Below are positions 19,465 through 29,584 of a stretch of DNA of 64,000 nt, piece after piece. How positions within the stretch are numbered: position 1 is the stretch's first letter; each line of letters begins with the position of its first letter. Origin of the DNA: a virus. The notes beneath the pieces were generated by a model. The model made no database searches, was not told the DNA's origin, and worked only from the letters and a program-made list of their open reading frames with translations. Made by a program: the position numbers and the translations under genes. The stretch lies in the IMG/VR virus record IMGVR_UViG_3300026292_000623, positions 1-64,000 of that record. One strand, 5' to 3'.

Positions 19465-19493
19465 ATTATAAGATATCTTGGCTAAAATGTCAA
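19465..19493 (-). promoter_or_regulatory. consensus sigma70 promoter containing palindrome AAGATATCTT
   Basis: TTGACA-17 nt-TATAAT. Confidence 0.8.
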
Positions 19494-19500
19494 TGGTTAA

Positions 19501-20736
19501 TTATCGTTGTACTTTAGCGATTGATTTAACGATTTTTTCGTGGTTGAACTCTTTTAGTGCGATTTTCATTGAAATTATGTCATCTCCACGTTTGATTTTA
19601 ACATCCCATATATCACCTGGAAATGCTTGTAAGGTAAGTCTCATAACGCCAAAACTATTCTCTATTCTTTCGCCGTTTATACTTAATATAATATCACCTT
19701 GTAATAGTCCAGCTAGTTCACCTACTGTTTTTTCTGGTTCTTCTTCACCTTCTTCTATTTCAGGATAATTGATATATGCCATATGTCTTTCATCTTTAGG
19801 TATATCTTTAACATCTTCTAAATCAAATCTACCTAAACTAAAAGGAAATTCTGCATAAGGAACATATCCTTTAGATGGGTAATGTGGGCTTAATATATAG
19901 TTTAATGATCTTAATGCTTGAGTTGATGAAATTGCTACTCCTACTCCATCCCAACCAGGAACTCTTCTACCAGGGCTATATATAGCCTGTGCTACACCTA
20001 CTACTTCGCCTTCTAAGTTTATAATAGGTCCTCCACTATTACCTTGGTTAATTACTGCGTCAGTTTGTATCATTAATGCATATGGTCTTAAACCGTATCT
20101 TTGTGAGTGTGTAATATGTCCTTGTGTTGTTGTCCAAGGCATACCCATTCCGTGACCAATAATAACTATAGGATCACCTGTGTTGTAATCATCTCTATCA
20201 GCAAACTTTAAAGGTTTCCATTCTTCATTATCTTTTTTAGTTATTTTTAGTACACCTATATCTGCTACTTGATCCCAACCTACTATTTCAGCATCATAAG
20301 ACCAATACTCTTCGGCTGTATTAATTTTAATTTTTACACTTTCGTTATCTATAGCTGAATCAATAACGTGATGATTTGTAACAATGTAACCTTCTGTATC
20401 TGTTACTTTAACAAAAAATCCTGTTCCTCTACCATTAAATGCGGTATTTTCAGGTTGTGCTTCATCAACTACATTAATTATAACAATACGAGTATAATTC
20501 TCGTATATTACAAATTTCTGACTACGTTCCAGATCAAAATGTTTACCATTTAATAAAACGCCATTAACGTCATATAATACTTCTCCAATGGTTTCATTTT
20601 TCTCGTGTAACCAAAATATTCCATTATGTATTGCTTGTTGGATTGGTCTGTAGTAAGAACTTACTACAACTGCGACAGAGACTACGATAAGTAGTCTGGC
20701 TAGATTACCTAGAGCTTTGTTTACTAGTCTCAACAT
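19501..20736 (-). CDS. HtrA/DegP-family serine protease with one PDZ domain
   Basis: TNHHV, DIGVL, GNSGGP triad; AGLLQGDIILSING PDZ; N-terminal membrane anchor. Confidence 0.9.
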   Translation of the reverse strand: MLRLVNKALGNLARLLIVVSVAVVVSSYYRPIQQAIHNGIFWLHEKNETIGEVLYDVNGVLLNGKHFDLERSQKFVIYENYTRIVIINVVDEAQPENTAFNGRGTGFFVKVTDTEGYIVTNHHVIDSAIDNESVKIKINTAEEYWSYDAEIVGWDQVADIGVLKITKKDNEEWKPLKFADRDDYNTGDPIVIIGHGMGMPWTTTQGHITHSQRYGLRPYALMIQTDAVINQGNSGGPIINLEGEVVGVAQAIYSPGRRVPGWDGVGVAISSTQALRSLNYILSPHYPSKGYVPYAEFPFSLGRFDLEDVKDIPKDERHMAYINYPEIEEGEEEPEKTVGELAGLLQGDIILSINGERIENSFGVMRLTLQAFPGDIWDVKIKRGDDIISMKIALKEFNHEKIVKSIAKVQR

Positions 20737-20775
20737 AAAGTTTACCTTTTCTATGTATGTATTTACCTTTAAACT

Positions 20776-21528
20776 TTATGTATTAAAGGGCTCTTTTGTC
20801 CACTCACTATAAAGACGATTGCCCCATCTTACGTCTTCGTCATCGGCTGGATGGTCCCAAGCTACTTCGTTAACTGTACATTTAACCTTGCCTGCAATGT
20901 CGTTAATGTACTCTTCAGACCATTTAAAAAAGTCTACCCATTTGGCGTGTTCGTTGTCGTGTGTAATACCTGGATTGCATCTCCAAAATATCTTTCCGCC
21001 GGGCTTTGTTAAACTAACAACGTTATTGACTTGTCTATCTATTTCTTTTTGATCTCCAAAGTTAATACTTCCTAAGGCTAAAACAATGTCATATTTGTTG
21101 TGATGTTCTTTTAATTTTGCAAATTCATTAATTCCCATTTTTATATCTGCACCAGGATGATATGGATCTATTCCAATTAATCTGCCACCTAGTTTAGATT
21201 TCCATTCGTTATCTCCGCACCCTACATCTAATATTTTTAATGGTACATCTGGTGATTGATCTTGTAAGGTACTAATATAATCTAATAATTGCTGTCCTGT
21301 TCTACGTGTATTCCATTTTAATTGTTGTACCCAATATGTGCCTTCTTCTTCGGGATTGTCATTAGGACCAAAATATCTTTCTAATATTACTTCATCTAAC
21401 CAATACTGTAGTCTCATAAAGTTTTTGAAAAGCTCTGGTTGATTTTCATTATGTTTTGTTATATCTATACCATATCTCATCTCAATAAATTTGGCTAGGT
21501 CCTGTAATACTTTTTTGTTTATTCTCAT
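20776..21528 (-). CDS. class I SAM-dependent methyltransferase
   Basis: ILDVGCG, GIDP, YDIVLALGSINFG, LTKPGG. Confidence 0.8.
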   Translation of the reverse strand: MRINKKVLQDLAKFIEMRYGIDITKHNENQPELFKNFMRLQYWLDEVILERYFGPNDNPEEEGTYWVQQLKWNTRRTGQQLLDYISTLQDQSPDVPLKILDVGCGDNEWKSKLGGRLIGIDPYHPGADIKMGINEFAKLKEHHNKYDIVLALGSINFGDQKEIDRQVNNVVSLTKPGGKIFWRCNPGITHDNEHAKWVDFFKWSEEYINDIAGKVKCTVNEVAWDHPADDEDVRWGNRLYSEWTKEPFNT

Positions 21529-22220
21529 TTAAACTCTCTAATTAATGGAAATATTTCTGCAATAACATCTGCACAGGCACGAGCTATTTCCATATGCTCT
21601 TTTTGTGTACCATTTGCTCCTCGCAATTCTATATAGTGTACCCAACTTCTTAATGTACCATTTACATACAGTCTACTTGAAGTAAGTCCTTCTGGTAGTA
21701 CTGCTCTAGCTTGTTCTTTAGCAATACCATTTTCAATAGCCCAATTATATACTTCCTTACAATTATTTATTACTCCGTGTTGTTTTCTTTGCCAATTTGT
21801 AATTAGTTCTTGGTCTTTTACATTTAATTGTAATTCTGGATTGTTTTCAATTTCAATTGAGTTTTGTCTATTAGTAAGATCTTGTTTACGTGTTTCTCTA
21901 ATCTTAAACTGCATACCTTGTTCATTTACATCAGCATAACGTTGACTAAACTCTTGGAAACTAAAACTACGATGCCTTAGTATTTGTCTAGCTATATCTC
22001 TGGTTGTTTCAATTTCTAAACAAGCACTAACCATTTCTAAAGGTGACCAATGCTTATGTTTAATTAGGTATGATATTAATTTACTGCTAGTCTTCTTATT
22101 AATCTGTGCCGTAGGGTTACTTACTTTGGCACAGAATGCTATAAGGTCTTGAGCATTCTCTAAACCTTCTGCCTCAAAATGTTCTGTTGGCTTACTATAA
22201 CTGACCAAACGTACTTCCAT
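21525..22220 (-). CDS. thyX: FAD-dependent thymidylate synthase
   Basis: HWSPLE, RHRSFSFQEFSQRY, KEQAR.VLP. Confidence 0.95.
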   Translation of the reverse strand: MEVRLVSYSKPTEHFEAEGLENAQDLIAFCAKVSNPTAQINKKTSSKLISYLIKHKHWSPLEMVSACLEIETTRDIARQILRHRSFSFQEFSQRYADVNEQGMQFKIRETRKQDLTNRQNSIEIENNPELQLNVKDQELITNWQRKQHGVINNCKEVYNWAIENGIAKEQARAVLPEGLTSSRLYVNGTLRSWVHYIELRGANGTQKEHMEIARACADVIAEIFPLIREFK

Positions 22221-22224
22221 TTTA

Positions 22225-22677
22225 CTATTCCTCTTCTTCAGTATTTAGTACTTTTATCTTCAAGGTTTTGCCACCACCGTGACTATCTTCTGTTTCTATT
22301 TCCATTTGATCAATATTAACATCTACATTAAATATACCACTCTCATCAGATATCTGTAAAGTAGATAAGTTACTTAATGTATCATCTTCTTCTAACTTTT
22401 CTGCTAACTCTTTATATCCACATTCAATACCTACATCGTACATATCTGCACTAAATTTAAATACTTTATATAGTGAATCTCTATAGTTACCATCTTCTTC
22501 TATTTCTGCTTTATGCATTCTGCTTATTACTGCATAGAATGCTTTTTGTTTATCCTCAAGACTTAAATTATACCACCATTTGGCATTTTCTTTAGGATTT
22601 ATTTTTACCTTTTTAACTTTTGTTTCCATCTCTATTTTTTCTAATTGTCTTACAAAACGACTAAATTCAGATTCCAT
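22225..22677 (-). CDS. hypothetical protein
   Basis: Intact ORF in operon. Confidence 0.55.
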   Translation of the reverse strand: MESEFSRFVRQLEKIEMETKVKKVKINPKENAKWWYNLSLEDKQKAFYAVISRMHKAEIEEDGNYRDSLYKVFKFSADMYDVGIECGYKELAEKLEEDDTLSNLSTLQISDESGIFNVDVNIDQMEIETEDSHGGGKTLKIKVLNTEEEE

Positions 22678-22694
22678 AAAATTACTTTCGTTAT

Positions 22695-23009
22695 CTAGTG
22701 ATCATTAAATTTTTTAATTAATTTAGAAAGATCTAGTTTTGGTTTTTGTACTTCACCAATAGTAACTTTATGTGATACTTTCTTCTTTTTTATTTTAATT
22801 AAAAATGCTCCTGTATTTTTTGGTTGTCTGATAATAGTTTTACAGTTTGTGTTTGAGTGTACCCAAGCAAGTATTTCTTCTGCTATTTTACCGTGTCCTG
22901 TAATAATTTCTGTTTCTTTTATGTCTTTATAATAACAATCAGATATATGTCTGGTAAACTCTTTCCAGGCATCGTGTATTGTATATCCGTGTAAATCTAA
23001 CTTGATCAT
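22695..23009 (-). CDS. stand-alone Smr/MutS2 domain protein
   Basis: LDLHG, IITGHG, NTGA motifs. Confidence 0.85.
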   Translation of the reverse strand: MIKLDLHGYTIHDAWKEFTRHISDCYYKDIKETEIITGHGKIAEEILAWVHSNTNCKTIIRQPKNTGAFLIKIKKKKVSHKVTIGEVQKPKLDLSKLIKKFNDH

Positions 23010-23212
23010 AACGACATCACGAACTCTTTACCACGCCAATTGGCTACATAAAGATTACGTTTTAAATGAACGAAATTTAAGGGGACTCCGTGTAAGGCAG
23101 TTTTGATTGAATGTTGTGTGTTTGATATGTAATCTACTTCGTAAGTTTCGTCATTGTCTGTACATTTGACTTTTATCTTATCTTGTAAATCAAAGTTATT
23201 AATCTTTGCCAT
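23006..23212 (-). CDS. hypothetical protein
   Basis: Overlapping start/stop with neighbours. Confidence 0.55.
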   Translation of the reverse strand: MAKINNFDLQDKIKVKCTDNDETYEVDYISNTQHSIKTALHGVPLNFVHLKRNLYVANWRGKEFVMSL

Positions 23213-23528
23213 CTAACCAACCTTGGGTTCCTGCTAGTTTAGCAAGAAATGCATCTTTTTCTGTGAATAAAACCATTTTCTTTTTATCTATATAATAAGG
23301 ATATCTCATTTTTCTTAATAATTGGATTAAATTTCCTGCACTAAGAGCTGGAGGGTCTACAACCCATTTATCGTATTTCTTACCTAATAGTTTCAAACCT
23401 ATCTTTGTTAATCTTAAGGTTTGTGTATTTTTAAAAACTGTTTTGATGGGTATATTTTTGTCGTCAGTAATAAGGTTCAGAATCTTAGTCTGAATCTTTT
23501 GCATCTCTACTGATTTTTTCTCCATCAA
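23199..23528 (-). CDS. hypothetical phage protein
   Basis: LRLTKIG...YPYYI...F.EKDAFLAKL. Confidence 0.55.
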   Translation of the reverse strand: MMEKKSVEMQKIQTKILNLITDDKNIPIKTVFKNTQTLRLTKIGLKLLGKKYDKWVVDPPALSAGNLIQLLRKMRYPYYIDKKKMVLFTEKDAFLAKLAGTQGWLDGKD

Positions 23529-23787
23529 CTAGTTTTACCACACTAAACTTATCTGTATTAAACTTTTTATTCAGCCTATCCGCTAAATTAAAAGCATGAC
23601 CGCTATTAGAGAAACTAACCTTCTTATACTTTGGACCTGGATAATTTACTAACGTATTCATAGTCCTTAGATTAATTGGTTTGTTTTCATAATACACCGC
23701 ATAAATTGCAACGGCGTCAAGAATTTGTTCACTATTATATTGCTTATCAACTGAGTCAAGTATAATTGTCGGTTTTGGTCTAGCCAT
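23485..23787 (-). CDS. hypothetical phage protein
   Basis: Likely start MARPKPT with AAGGAG RBS and GTAAATA motif upstream. Confidence 0.65.
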   Translation of the reverse strand: MARPKPTIILDSVDKQYNSEQILDAVAIYAVYYENKPINLRTMNTLVNYPGPKYKKVSFSNSGHAFNLADRLNKKFNTDKFSVVKLVDGEKISRDAKDSD

Positions 23788-23849
23788 TAAATGTTTCTCC
23801 TTATTACTTGTATTTACCATACAAGTGAGAAAAAACATCAGTTAATGGC

Positions 23850-24347
23850 CTATTTTTTGTCGCTTTCGAGTTCTTCTTGCTCTTTTTGTAGCTTGTTTAT
23901 AACGTCTTCTGTTGTTTGTAAGCTAGTACCCATTTGTACAATGCAAGTTAAACCTGTGCTTACTTGTACCATTAATACAGTATATTCGCCTGTTAATGGA
24001 TTCCTAGTAAGTATTAAGCCATCAAATGGATCGTTAGGAACGTATCCTGGGTTTTTAAAACCTGACATAACTATCTGTTGACCACGTGCCATTGTATATG
24101 CTCTAACATTGCCCATACTATGACATTGTAAAGCTCTTGTATGTATTGTCCAACCTTGATCATCCCATGGTAACTCTTCTTCAGCAGTACCTTCTTCAAC
24201 TTTATTATCTTCTTTTGATTGTTCTGCTTCAGGAGTAGTTAAAATAGGCGGTGAACTATCCAATAAACTATTTGGATTAATTGTTTCTGCTGATAATATA
24301 CTTGTAGCAAAAAGCAATATTATCAATGATAGTATATAGTGTCTCAT
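23850..24347 (-). CDS. exported hypothetical protein
   Basis: N-terminal signal peptide; two Cys. Confidence 0.55.
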   Translation of the reverse strand: MRHYILSLIILLFATSILSAETINPNSLLDSSPPILTTPEAEQSKEDNKVEEGTAEEELPWDDQGWTIHTRALQCHSMGNVRAYTMARGQQIVMSGFKNPGYVPNDPFDGLILTRNPLTGEYTVLMVQVSTGLTCIVQMGTSLQTTEDVINKLQKEQEELESDKK

Positions 24348-24799
24348 TCTTTTTTAGCCTTCTTTAAGTTTAAATTCATATCCCACTCTGTGAGATAAGG
24401 GCCTCTATGTTCGTATTTGTCCAATGTTTCTAATTTAGGACAAAATGCGTGTTGCCACCCCATACCATCATATTTTAAAATATAATAGCCTGCAACAAAT
24501 ATTGTTTTTCCATCTTTAGCTTTTTTAAATAAAGCTCTAGATTCATCTTCAACTGCAAATAGTACAGGAGTATTTGTTGGAAATCCCTTGTACTCTTGAT
24601 TTGCATTAGTAGTCTGTGTTACTACTGTTTCTTTAAAACTATCCAAATTTGGAAGTAATTCTTTTGTGTTATTGTCTTGATTAAAATATTCAAATCCATT
24701 GTCAAGTTTTCTTACCGTACCTACTTTGCCGTAGCCACTTTCAACTATCCAATACTTGTCTTTGATTATTTGTTTAATCTTTAGCATCTTCAACTTCAA
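24344..24799 (-). CDS. hypothetical phage protein
   Basis: Intact ORF; AGYY...FCPKLETL. Confidence 0.55.
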   Translation of the reverse strand: MKLKMLKIKQIIKDKYWIVESGYGKVGTVRKLDNGFEYFNQDNNTKELLPNLDSFKETVVTQTTNANQEYKGFPTNTPVLFAVEDESRALFKKAKDGKTIFVAGYYILKYDGMGWQHAFCPKLETLDKYEHRGPYLTEWDMNLNLKKAKKE

Positions 24800-25097
24800 T
24801 AATCCTGTCTATTCTAAATCCACGCCATCCATTAGCTTTGGTATCCCATACACTTAATACTTCTGGATTAATATTTCTAACTTTCTTTTGACTTAATGGA
24901 TCTTCTTTTTTAGCTGGAGGTAATATATTTTCTTGCAATGTGCAAGTCATTTCTCTAAAATCACCATTTAGTTTATTAAACTTTACAACTAGTTTACCTT
25001 TTTTTAAACGTTCTGTTAAGTCTTTTCTAATTGAATCTATTTCTTGTTGTTCCATAATCTTTAGTTTCTCCAGTCTGTTAGTTACAAATTCCATCAT
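24774..25097 (-). CDS. DUF2693 / WYL-like SH3 beta-barrel phage protein
   Basis: V.F.K.NG..REM.CTL ... VWD....WR.FR.DRI. Confidence 0.7.
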   Translation of the reverse strand: MMEFVTNRLEKLKIMEQQEIDSIRKDLTERLKKGKLVVKFNKLNGDFREMTCTLQENILPPAKKEDPLSQKKVRNINPEVLSVWDTKANGWRGFRIDRIIEVEDAKD

Positions 25098-25264
25098 TTT
25101 TTATCATTACCCGGATAGTCTTTCCAAAATTGTGTTATAGGATTATCGGGTTCCAATTCTTCTTTATCATCTTTGTATGTTGCTATTTTAAATGCAATAA
25201 AAAATCCTATTACAGTAAGTATTATTCCAGCAACTCCCATAAGTATCCCAAAATCAGCTGGCAT
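25094..25264 (-). CDS. small membrane protein (56 aa)
   Basis: Hand-translated MPADFGILMGVAGIILTVIGFFIAFK...; fills the gap with overlaps at both ends. Confidence 0.6.
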   Translation of the reverse strand: MPADFGILMGVAGIILTVIGFFIAFKIATYKDDKEELEPDNPITQFWKDYPGNDKK

Positions 25265-26003
25265 TCATTGCCTTTAAAAGACTCCAAGTAGATTTCCAGC
25301 CATCAACTTGATAGCACTTATCGTTATTATTATTACGTTTAATTATAGCATTTTTAAGAGGTTCGTCGTTACCTCCTGGTTGCATCATATCACCAAAGAA
25401 GTATACATCCATATCATTAAAGTCTTCTAGTATTTGACTCTTGTCTGCACCTACAGGCATTATGTCTATACCTGTTGCTCCTGCTACTTGAGCACTCACA
25501 CCAGATTCTAAGAAACGTCTATTAAACTTCTTACAAATATATTCACGTTCATTATTAATTAAGTCAAAGTCTTCGTATTCTTTTCTGTCTTTAAAATATT
25601 GTTCTTGATCTTCTTTTACAGATTCAGTACCTCTACCTAATATACTAAAATTAACTAAACCAGGTCTTTCATCTATATGAAGTCCTATTCGTTTTTTAAA
25701 TGGAGATTCTTCTAACATCTCTTCTAAGAATTCTCTAATTTCAGAATTAATTTCCCAATCGTTTTCACGAAGTGGAGCTCCGCCTTGATATACACTATTT
25801 CCACTACATTGATAACAACGTTTAACTCCGTGACATATTAAATAATCTAATTGTTCTAATGTTTTTTCATAATTGCTACCTGTTACTATATAGCATTCAT
25901 GCTTCTCAATAAATTCTAAAAAGAACATTTCAAACTCTGGATCAATTTTTTCTCTACTGTCTGTTAATGTTCCGTCTACATCAAATATATATGCTCTAGG
26001 CAT
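25254..26003 (-). CDS. HAD-IIB phosphomannomutase-like enzyme
   Basis: FDVDGTLT, VTGS, ER.GLVNFS, DKS, FFGD...GGND as in HAD-type PMM. Confidence 0.8.
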   Translation of the reverse strand: MPRAYIFDVDGTLTDSREKIDPEFEMFFLEFIEKHECYIVTGSNYEKTLEQLDYLICHGVKRCYQCSGNSVYQGGAPLRENDWEINSEIREFLEEMLEESPFKKRIGLHIDERPGLVNFSILGRGTESVKEDQEQYFKDRKEYEDFDLINNEREYICKKFNRRFLESGVSAQVAGATGIDIMPVGADKSQILEDFNDMDVYFFGDMMQPGGNDEPLKNAIIKRNNNNDKCYQVDGWKSTWSLLKAMNAS

Positions 26004-26994
26004 TTGCACTCCCATAACTTGAATTTAAATATTGTGAATGATCTTGTGCTTTCTCTGATACTCTTTGCATATCCCACTTGCCACAAAATCTCATAAAATG
26101 AATTCCTACTTGCGACTTTGGTTGCTTCTGCACTTGTTCAACAATAGCTTCATCAAGAACTTTCTTAATATTATCAGGTTGTGCATTAAGATCAATTAAC
26201 TGTAAATTACGTTGATAGTCATCAAGTACTCTGTGTTCTACATTTTCATGATCAACCCATCTTTGTAACATAAAGTTATTCCAATTAAAACCTTTTGTAT
26301 CTTTATCAGCAAAGGCTTCTTGCATACCTACTTTATTTTTAGTACCTTTTTTACGAGCACCAGGAAATGCACTAAAGATATTATCACTTGTATCTCCACG
26401 TATACACTTCTCAAATAGTAAGTATTCCGGATTGCCTAATTGTTTAGGCTCTTTAGTTTTCTTATCAATAATAGCTTTTCCGTTATCATCAAATATACCA
26501 TCTGTAGTAATTAACTGTCCCATAATACCATTGTATTGTGTTACATTTTCTTTAATAAGCTGATAGAAATCACTATCGCTACTTACTATACAATGTTTGT
26601 CATTAGGGTGATTGTGTATCCAACGTGCTATAAAGTCATCTGCTTCGCACTCTTTACTTTGTAGTACTGTACAATTTGTTTTATCTTTAAAGAAGTTCTG
26701 TAGCTCATCAAACGCCTCCCAAAACTCTTCATCTTCGGTTTTCTCTTGATCAGTTAAAGCAGATCTTGCTTCAGCTCTGTTACGTTTATAAGGTTCATAT
26801 GCATCTTTACGCCAGCTACGTCCTTCTAAACATAATACAACGTGTGTACCTTTTTGTTCACGCCATACTTTGTTAATACTATTAAAAATAATATGATATG
26901 ACATACCAATTTTAGTTTTCATATCACTTCCTCTTACAACGTGCCTTGCTCTAAAAAACATATTAGCGGCATCGACTAGAATATAACTCAACAT
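25996..26994 (-). CDS. rnh: T4-type RNase H / 5'-3' exonuclease
   Basis: LVD..N, SWRK..Y..YK.NR, EADD, SSDSDF.QL, GDTSDNI. Confidence 0.9.
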   Translation of the reverse strand: MLSYILVDAANMFFRARHVVRGSDMKTKIGMSYHIIFNSINKVWREQKGTHVVLCLEGRSWRKDAYEPYKRNRAEARSALTDQEKTEDEEFWEAFDELQNFFKDKTNCTVLQSKECEADDFIARWIHNHPNDKHCIVSSDSDFYQLIKENVTQYNGIMGQLITTDGIFDDNGKAIIDKKTKEPKQLGNPEYLLFEKCIRGDTSDNIFSAFPGARKKGTKNKVGMQEAFADKDTKGFNWNNFMLQRWVDHENVEHRVLDDYQRNLQLIDLNAQPDNIKKVLDEAIVEQVQKQPKSQVGIHFMRFCGKWDMQRVSEKAQDHSQYLNSSYGSANA

Positions 26995-27013
26995 TCTGTT
27001 CCTTTTAATTAAA

Positions 27014-27289
27014 TTAAACTTCTTCTGCGATTCCTCTGCATAGTGTAGTAAACCATGCATCAACTATTTCATTTTCATCTTTACCACTATAGCCTGCATC
27101 TTCAAGTTTGGCTACAAAGTGTTTATTCCATTCTAATTCAAAGTAGCCGTCGCCTGGATTCTTTTCGTCAAACTTAACGTCTACTACTCTTACAAATGGT
27201 TTGCCTTCGGCTGTTGCTTTTTCTTTGTCAGATAAGATTTGCTTTCTATTTTTATCTCCTGACATCAGATCTTTTAGTTTTTTAAACAT
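27014..27289 (-). CDS. hypothetical phage protein
   Basis: GYFELEWN..F...L..AGY.G. Confidence 0.6.
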   Translation of the reverse strand: MFKKLKDLMSGDKNRKQILSDKEKATAEGKPFVRVVDVKFDEKNPGDGYFELEWNKHFVAKLEDAGYSGKDENEIVDAWFTTLCRGIAEEV

Positions 27290-27292
27290 TTA

Positions 27293-27724
27293 TTATCCTA
27301 TTAGTTTTGCTATTGAATCTTCTGTATATTCCCTAGCACCTTCATCATCGCCATCACACTCAAGCCTATCTGCTATTCGTGTTGCACCAAGTGCTTCCAT
27401 ACGTGCATCTATCTTTTTACCTGCACCACAGAAATTTGTATGCGAACTATCTCCTAATGCACATACTGCATATTTTGTCTTACTTAAATCAAGTTCTGCT
27501 TTTTCTAGTTCACTATAAAAGTTATCACCATTAGTAGGTACATCACCTTGTCCTGTGCTACTAGAAACAAATATAACATTTTCCATTGCTTGGAAGTCTT
27601 CCATAGAAACATCATTCATCTCAAATATTTCTACGCCTTTATCTTTTACTTTTTCGTGAACATCGTTTGCAACATCTTCTGCGGTTCCAAACATAGACGC
27701 CCATAATATATTTACTTTTACCAT
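27293..27724 (-). CDS. flavodoxin
   Basis: SMFGTAE FMN loop, SSTGQGDVP, ALGDSSH..FCGAG. Confidence 0.9.
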   Translation of the reverse strand: MVKVNILWASMFGTAEDVANDVHEKVKDKGVEIFEMNDVSMEDFQAMENVIFVSSSTGQGDVPTNGDNFYSELEKAELDLSKTKYAVCALGDSSHTNFCGAGKKIDARMEALGATRIADRLECDGDDEGAREYTEDSIAKLIG

Positions 27725-28803
27725 CCTATTTTCTCCCACGGTACATCTTTATTACCAAAATGTCCAAATGTACAGTTCTTACTATACATATAATACTTGA
27801 ATAAATCAAATTTGTCAATGATTCCTTTTGGTGTTAAGTCGATATTTTCTTTAATGAACTTTTCAATACTTTTGTTATGTCCATTACTATCAACATATAT
27901 ACTTGTTGGTTCTTTAACACCAATAGCATAACTTAATTGAATACTACACCAATCAGCCATATTGTCAGCAACTACATTCTTTGCTAACCAACGTGCCATA
28001 TATGCCGCACTTCTGTCTACCTTCGTAGGGTCCTTTCCGCTAAAAGCGCCACCACCGTGAGGAGCAAAGCCCCCATATGTATCAACGATAATCTTTCTGC
28101 CTGTAAGACCAGAATCACCGTCAGGACCGCCGATAACAAAGTTACCGGTTGGATTAATATGCCATATAGTATTTTCATCAACTAAATCTCCTAATACTGT
28201 CATACCTGCTAATTTGCATATATTTCTTGCTTGTTCAATTTGACCATCACCGTGTTGACTACTAATAACAACTTGATCAACTCTTTTTGGTCTTCCACCT
28301 TCGTACTGAATACTTACTTGTGATTTACTGTCAGGACCTAGTACGTGTTGTCTTTGTGGTTTTAAAGTTTTAAGAATTTCGTGTGCATAAAATATAGGTG
28401 CTGGTAAGTATGCGTCATTATCATCACAAGCATATCCAAACATTATACCTTGGTCTCCTGCACCGAAGTCGTCTGTACCTAACCCAATATCTGAACTTTG
28501 TGAATGTAATTCATTGTAGACTTTTAACTTATCCCAATGAAATCCATCTTGTTCATATCCTATTTCTTTTACTTTATCTCTAATTATTTGTTCTACTTCT
28601 TCATTAGTAACATTAAAGTTTTTAACTTCACCTGCTACTGTTACAAGATTAGTAGTTACAAGAGTTTCAACTGCTACTCTTGTGGTATCATCGCCTGCTT
28701 TAAGACCCGCATCAACAAGAGCATCACTGATTTGATCTGCTACTTTGTCTGGGTGCCCATCACTAACACTTTCGCTAGTAAAGACATAATTACCTTGTTT
28801 CAT
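27718..28803 (-). CDS. metK: S-adenosylmethionine synthetase
   Basis: FTSESVSDGHPDK, GAGDQG, GLTGRKIIVDTYGG, GGGAFSGKD. Confidence 0.97.
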   Translation of the reverse strand: MKQGNYVFTSESVSDGHPDKVADQISDALVDAGLKAGDDTTRVAVETLVTTNLVTVAGEVKNFNVTNEEVEQIIRDKVKEIGYEQDGFHWDKLKVYNELHSQSSDIGLGTDDFGAGDQGIMFGYACDDNDAYLPAPIFYAHEILKTLKPQRQHVLGPDSKSQVSIQYEGGRPKRVDQVVISSQHGDGQIEQARNICKLAGMTVLGDLVDENTIWHINPTGNFVIGGPDGDSGLTGRKIIVDTYGGFAPHGGGAFSGKDPTKVDRSAAYMARWLAKNVVADNMADWCSIQLSYAIGVKEPTSIYVDSNGHNKSIEKFIKENIDLTPKGIIDKFDLFKYYMYSKNCTFGHFGNKDVPWEKIGW

Positions 28804-29198
28804 AGTATTGCTATCCTTTTCCTAATTGTTTCTATTAGACTCCCTAACCCATTTCTTCGTTGTGGTGTTAGTAATTGTTGAATGTTAAGTTTCTCAAAGT
28901 CTTCTAGTTTTATTTGCTTTGCTTCTGCAACTGTTTTATCTGAAAAACAATCACATACTATACTTGTTATTCCTTTTGTTATCATAGCATCACTGTCATA
29001 GTAAACTTGTACTTTGCCTTCTACAACACCAACGTCTACCCATATCTGTGATATACAACCTCCTACTAAACGATCTTTTGTTCTTAACTCTTTTGGTAGG
29101 TTAGTTTCTTTTTTTGCTAACTCTACAAGATATGTCAGTCTTTCTGTGCCATCTTCAATTAAGTTTAAATTATCTGCCCACTCTGTTATACTTGCCAT
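28800..29198 (-). CDS. sufE: SufE-family sulfur acceptor
   Basis: V.GCISQIW, DSDA.I.KG, LTPQRRNGL. Confidence 0.9.
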   Translation of the reverse strand: MASITEWADNLNLIEDGTERLTYLVELAKKETNLPKELRTKDRLVGGCISQIWVDVGVVEGKVQVYYDSDAMITKGITSIVCDCFSDKTVAEAKQIKLEDFEKLNIQQLLTPQRRNGLGSLIETIRKRIAIL

Positions 29199-29584
29199 TA
29201 TCTATGCATTCTATTTTTGTTTTGGTAATTCTTCACTGCTGATTTAATAGCATCTTCTGCTAATACACTACAATGAATCTTAACCGGAGGTAGAGAAAGT
29301 TCATCTACAATATCCATATTTTTAATTTCTTTTGCTTCTCCTATTGTCATACCTTTAACCATTTCTGTTACAAGACTGCTACTTGCAATAGCACTCCCAC
29401 AACCATATGTTTTAAAACAAGCATCTTCTATAACTTCACCTTCTACTTTTATTTGTAACTGCATTACATCTCCACAAGCAGGTGCTCCTACAAGACCTGT
29501 TCCTACTGTAGGGTCTTCTTTATTCATTTTACCTACGTTACGTGGATTTTTGTAATGATCCATAACTTTTTTACTATAAGCCAT
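29198..29584 (-). CDS. iscU: Fe-S cluster scaffold
   Basis: HYKNPRNVG, APACGD, GCGSAIASSS, LPPVKIHCS. Confidence 0.95.
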   Translation of the reverse strand: MAYSKKVMDHYKNPRNVGKMNKEDPTVGTGLVGAPACGDVMQLQIKVEGEVIEDACFKTYGCGSAIASSSLVTEMVKGMTIGEAKEIKNMDIVDELSLPPVKIHCSVLAEDAIKSAVKNYQNKNRMHR

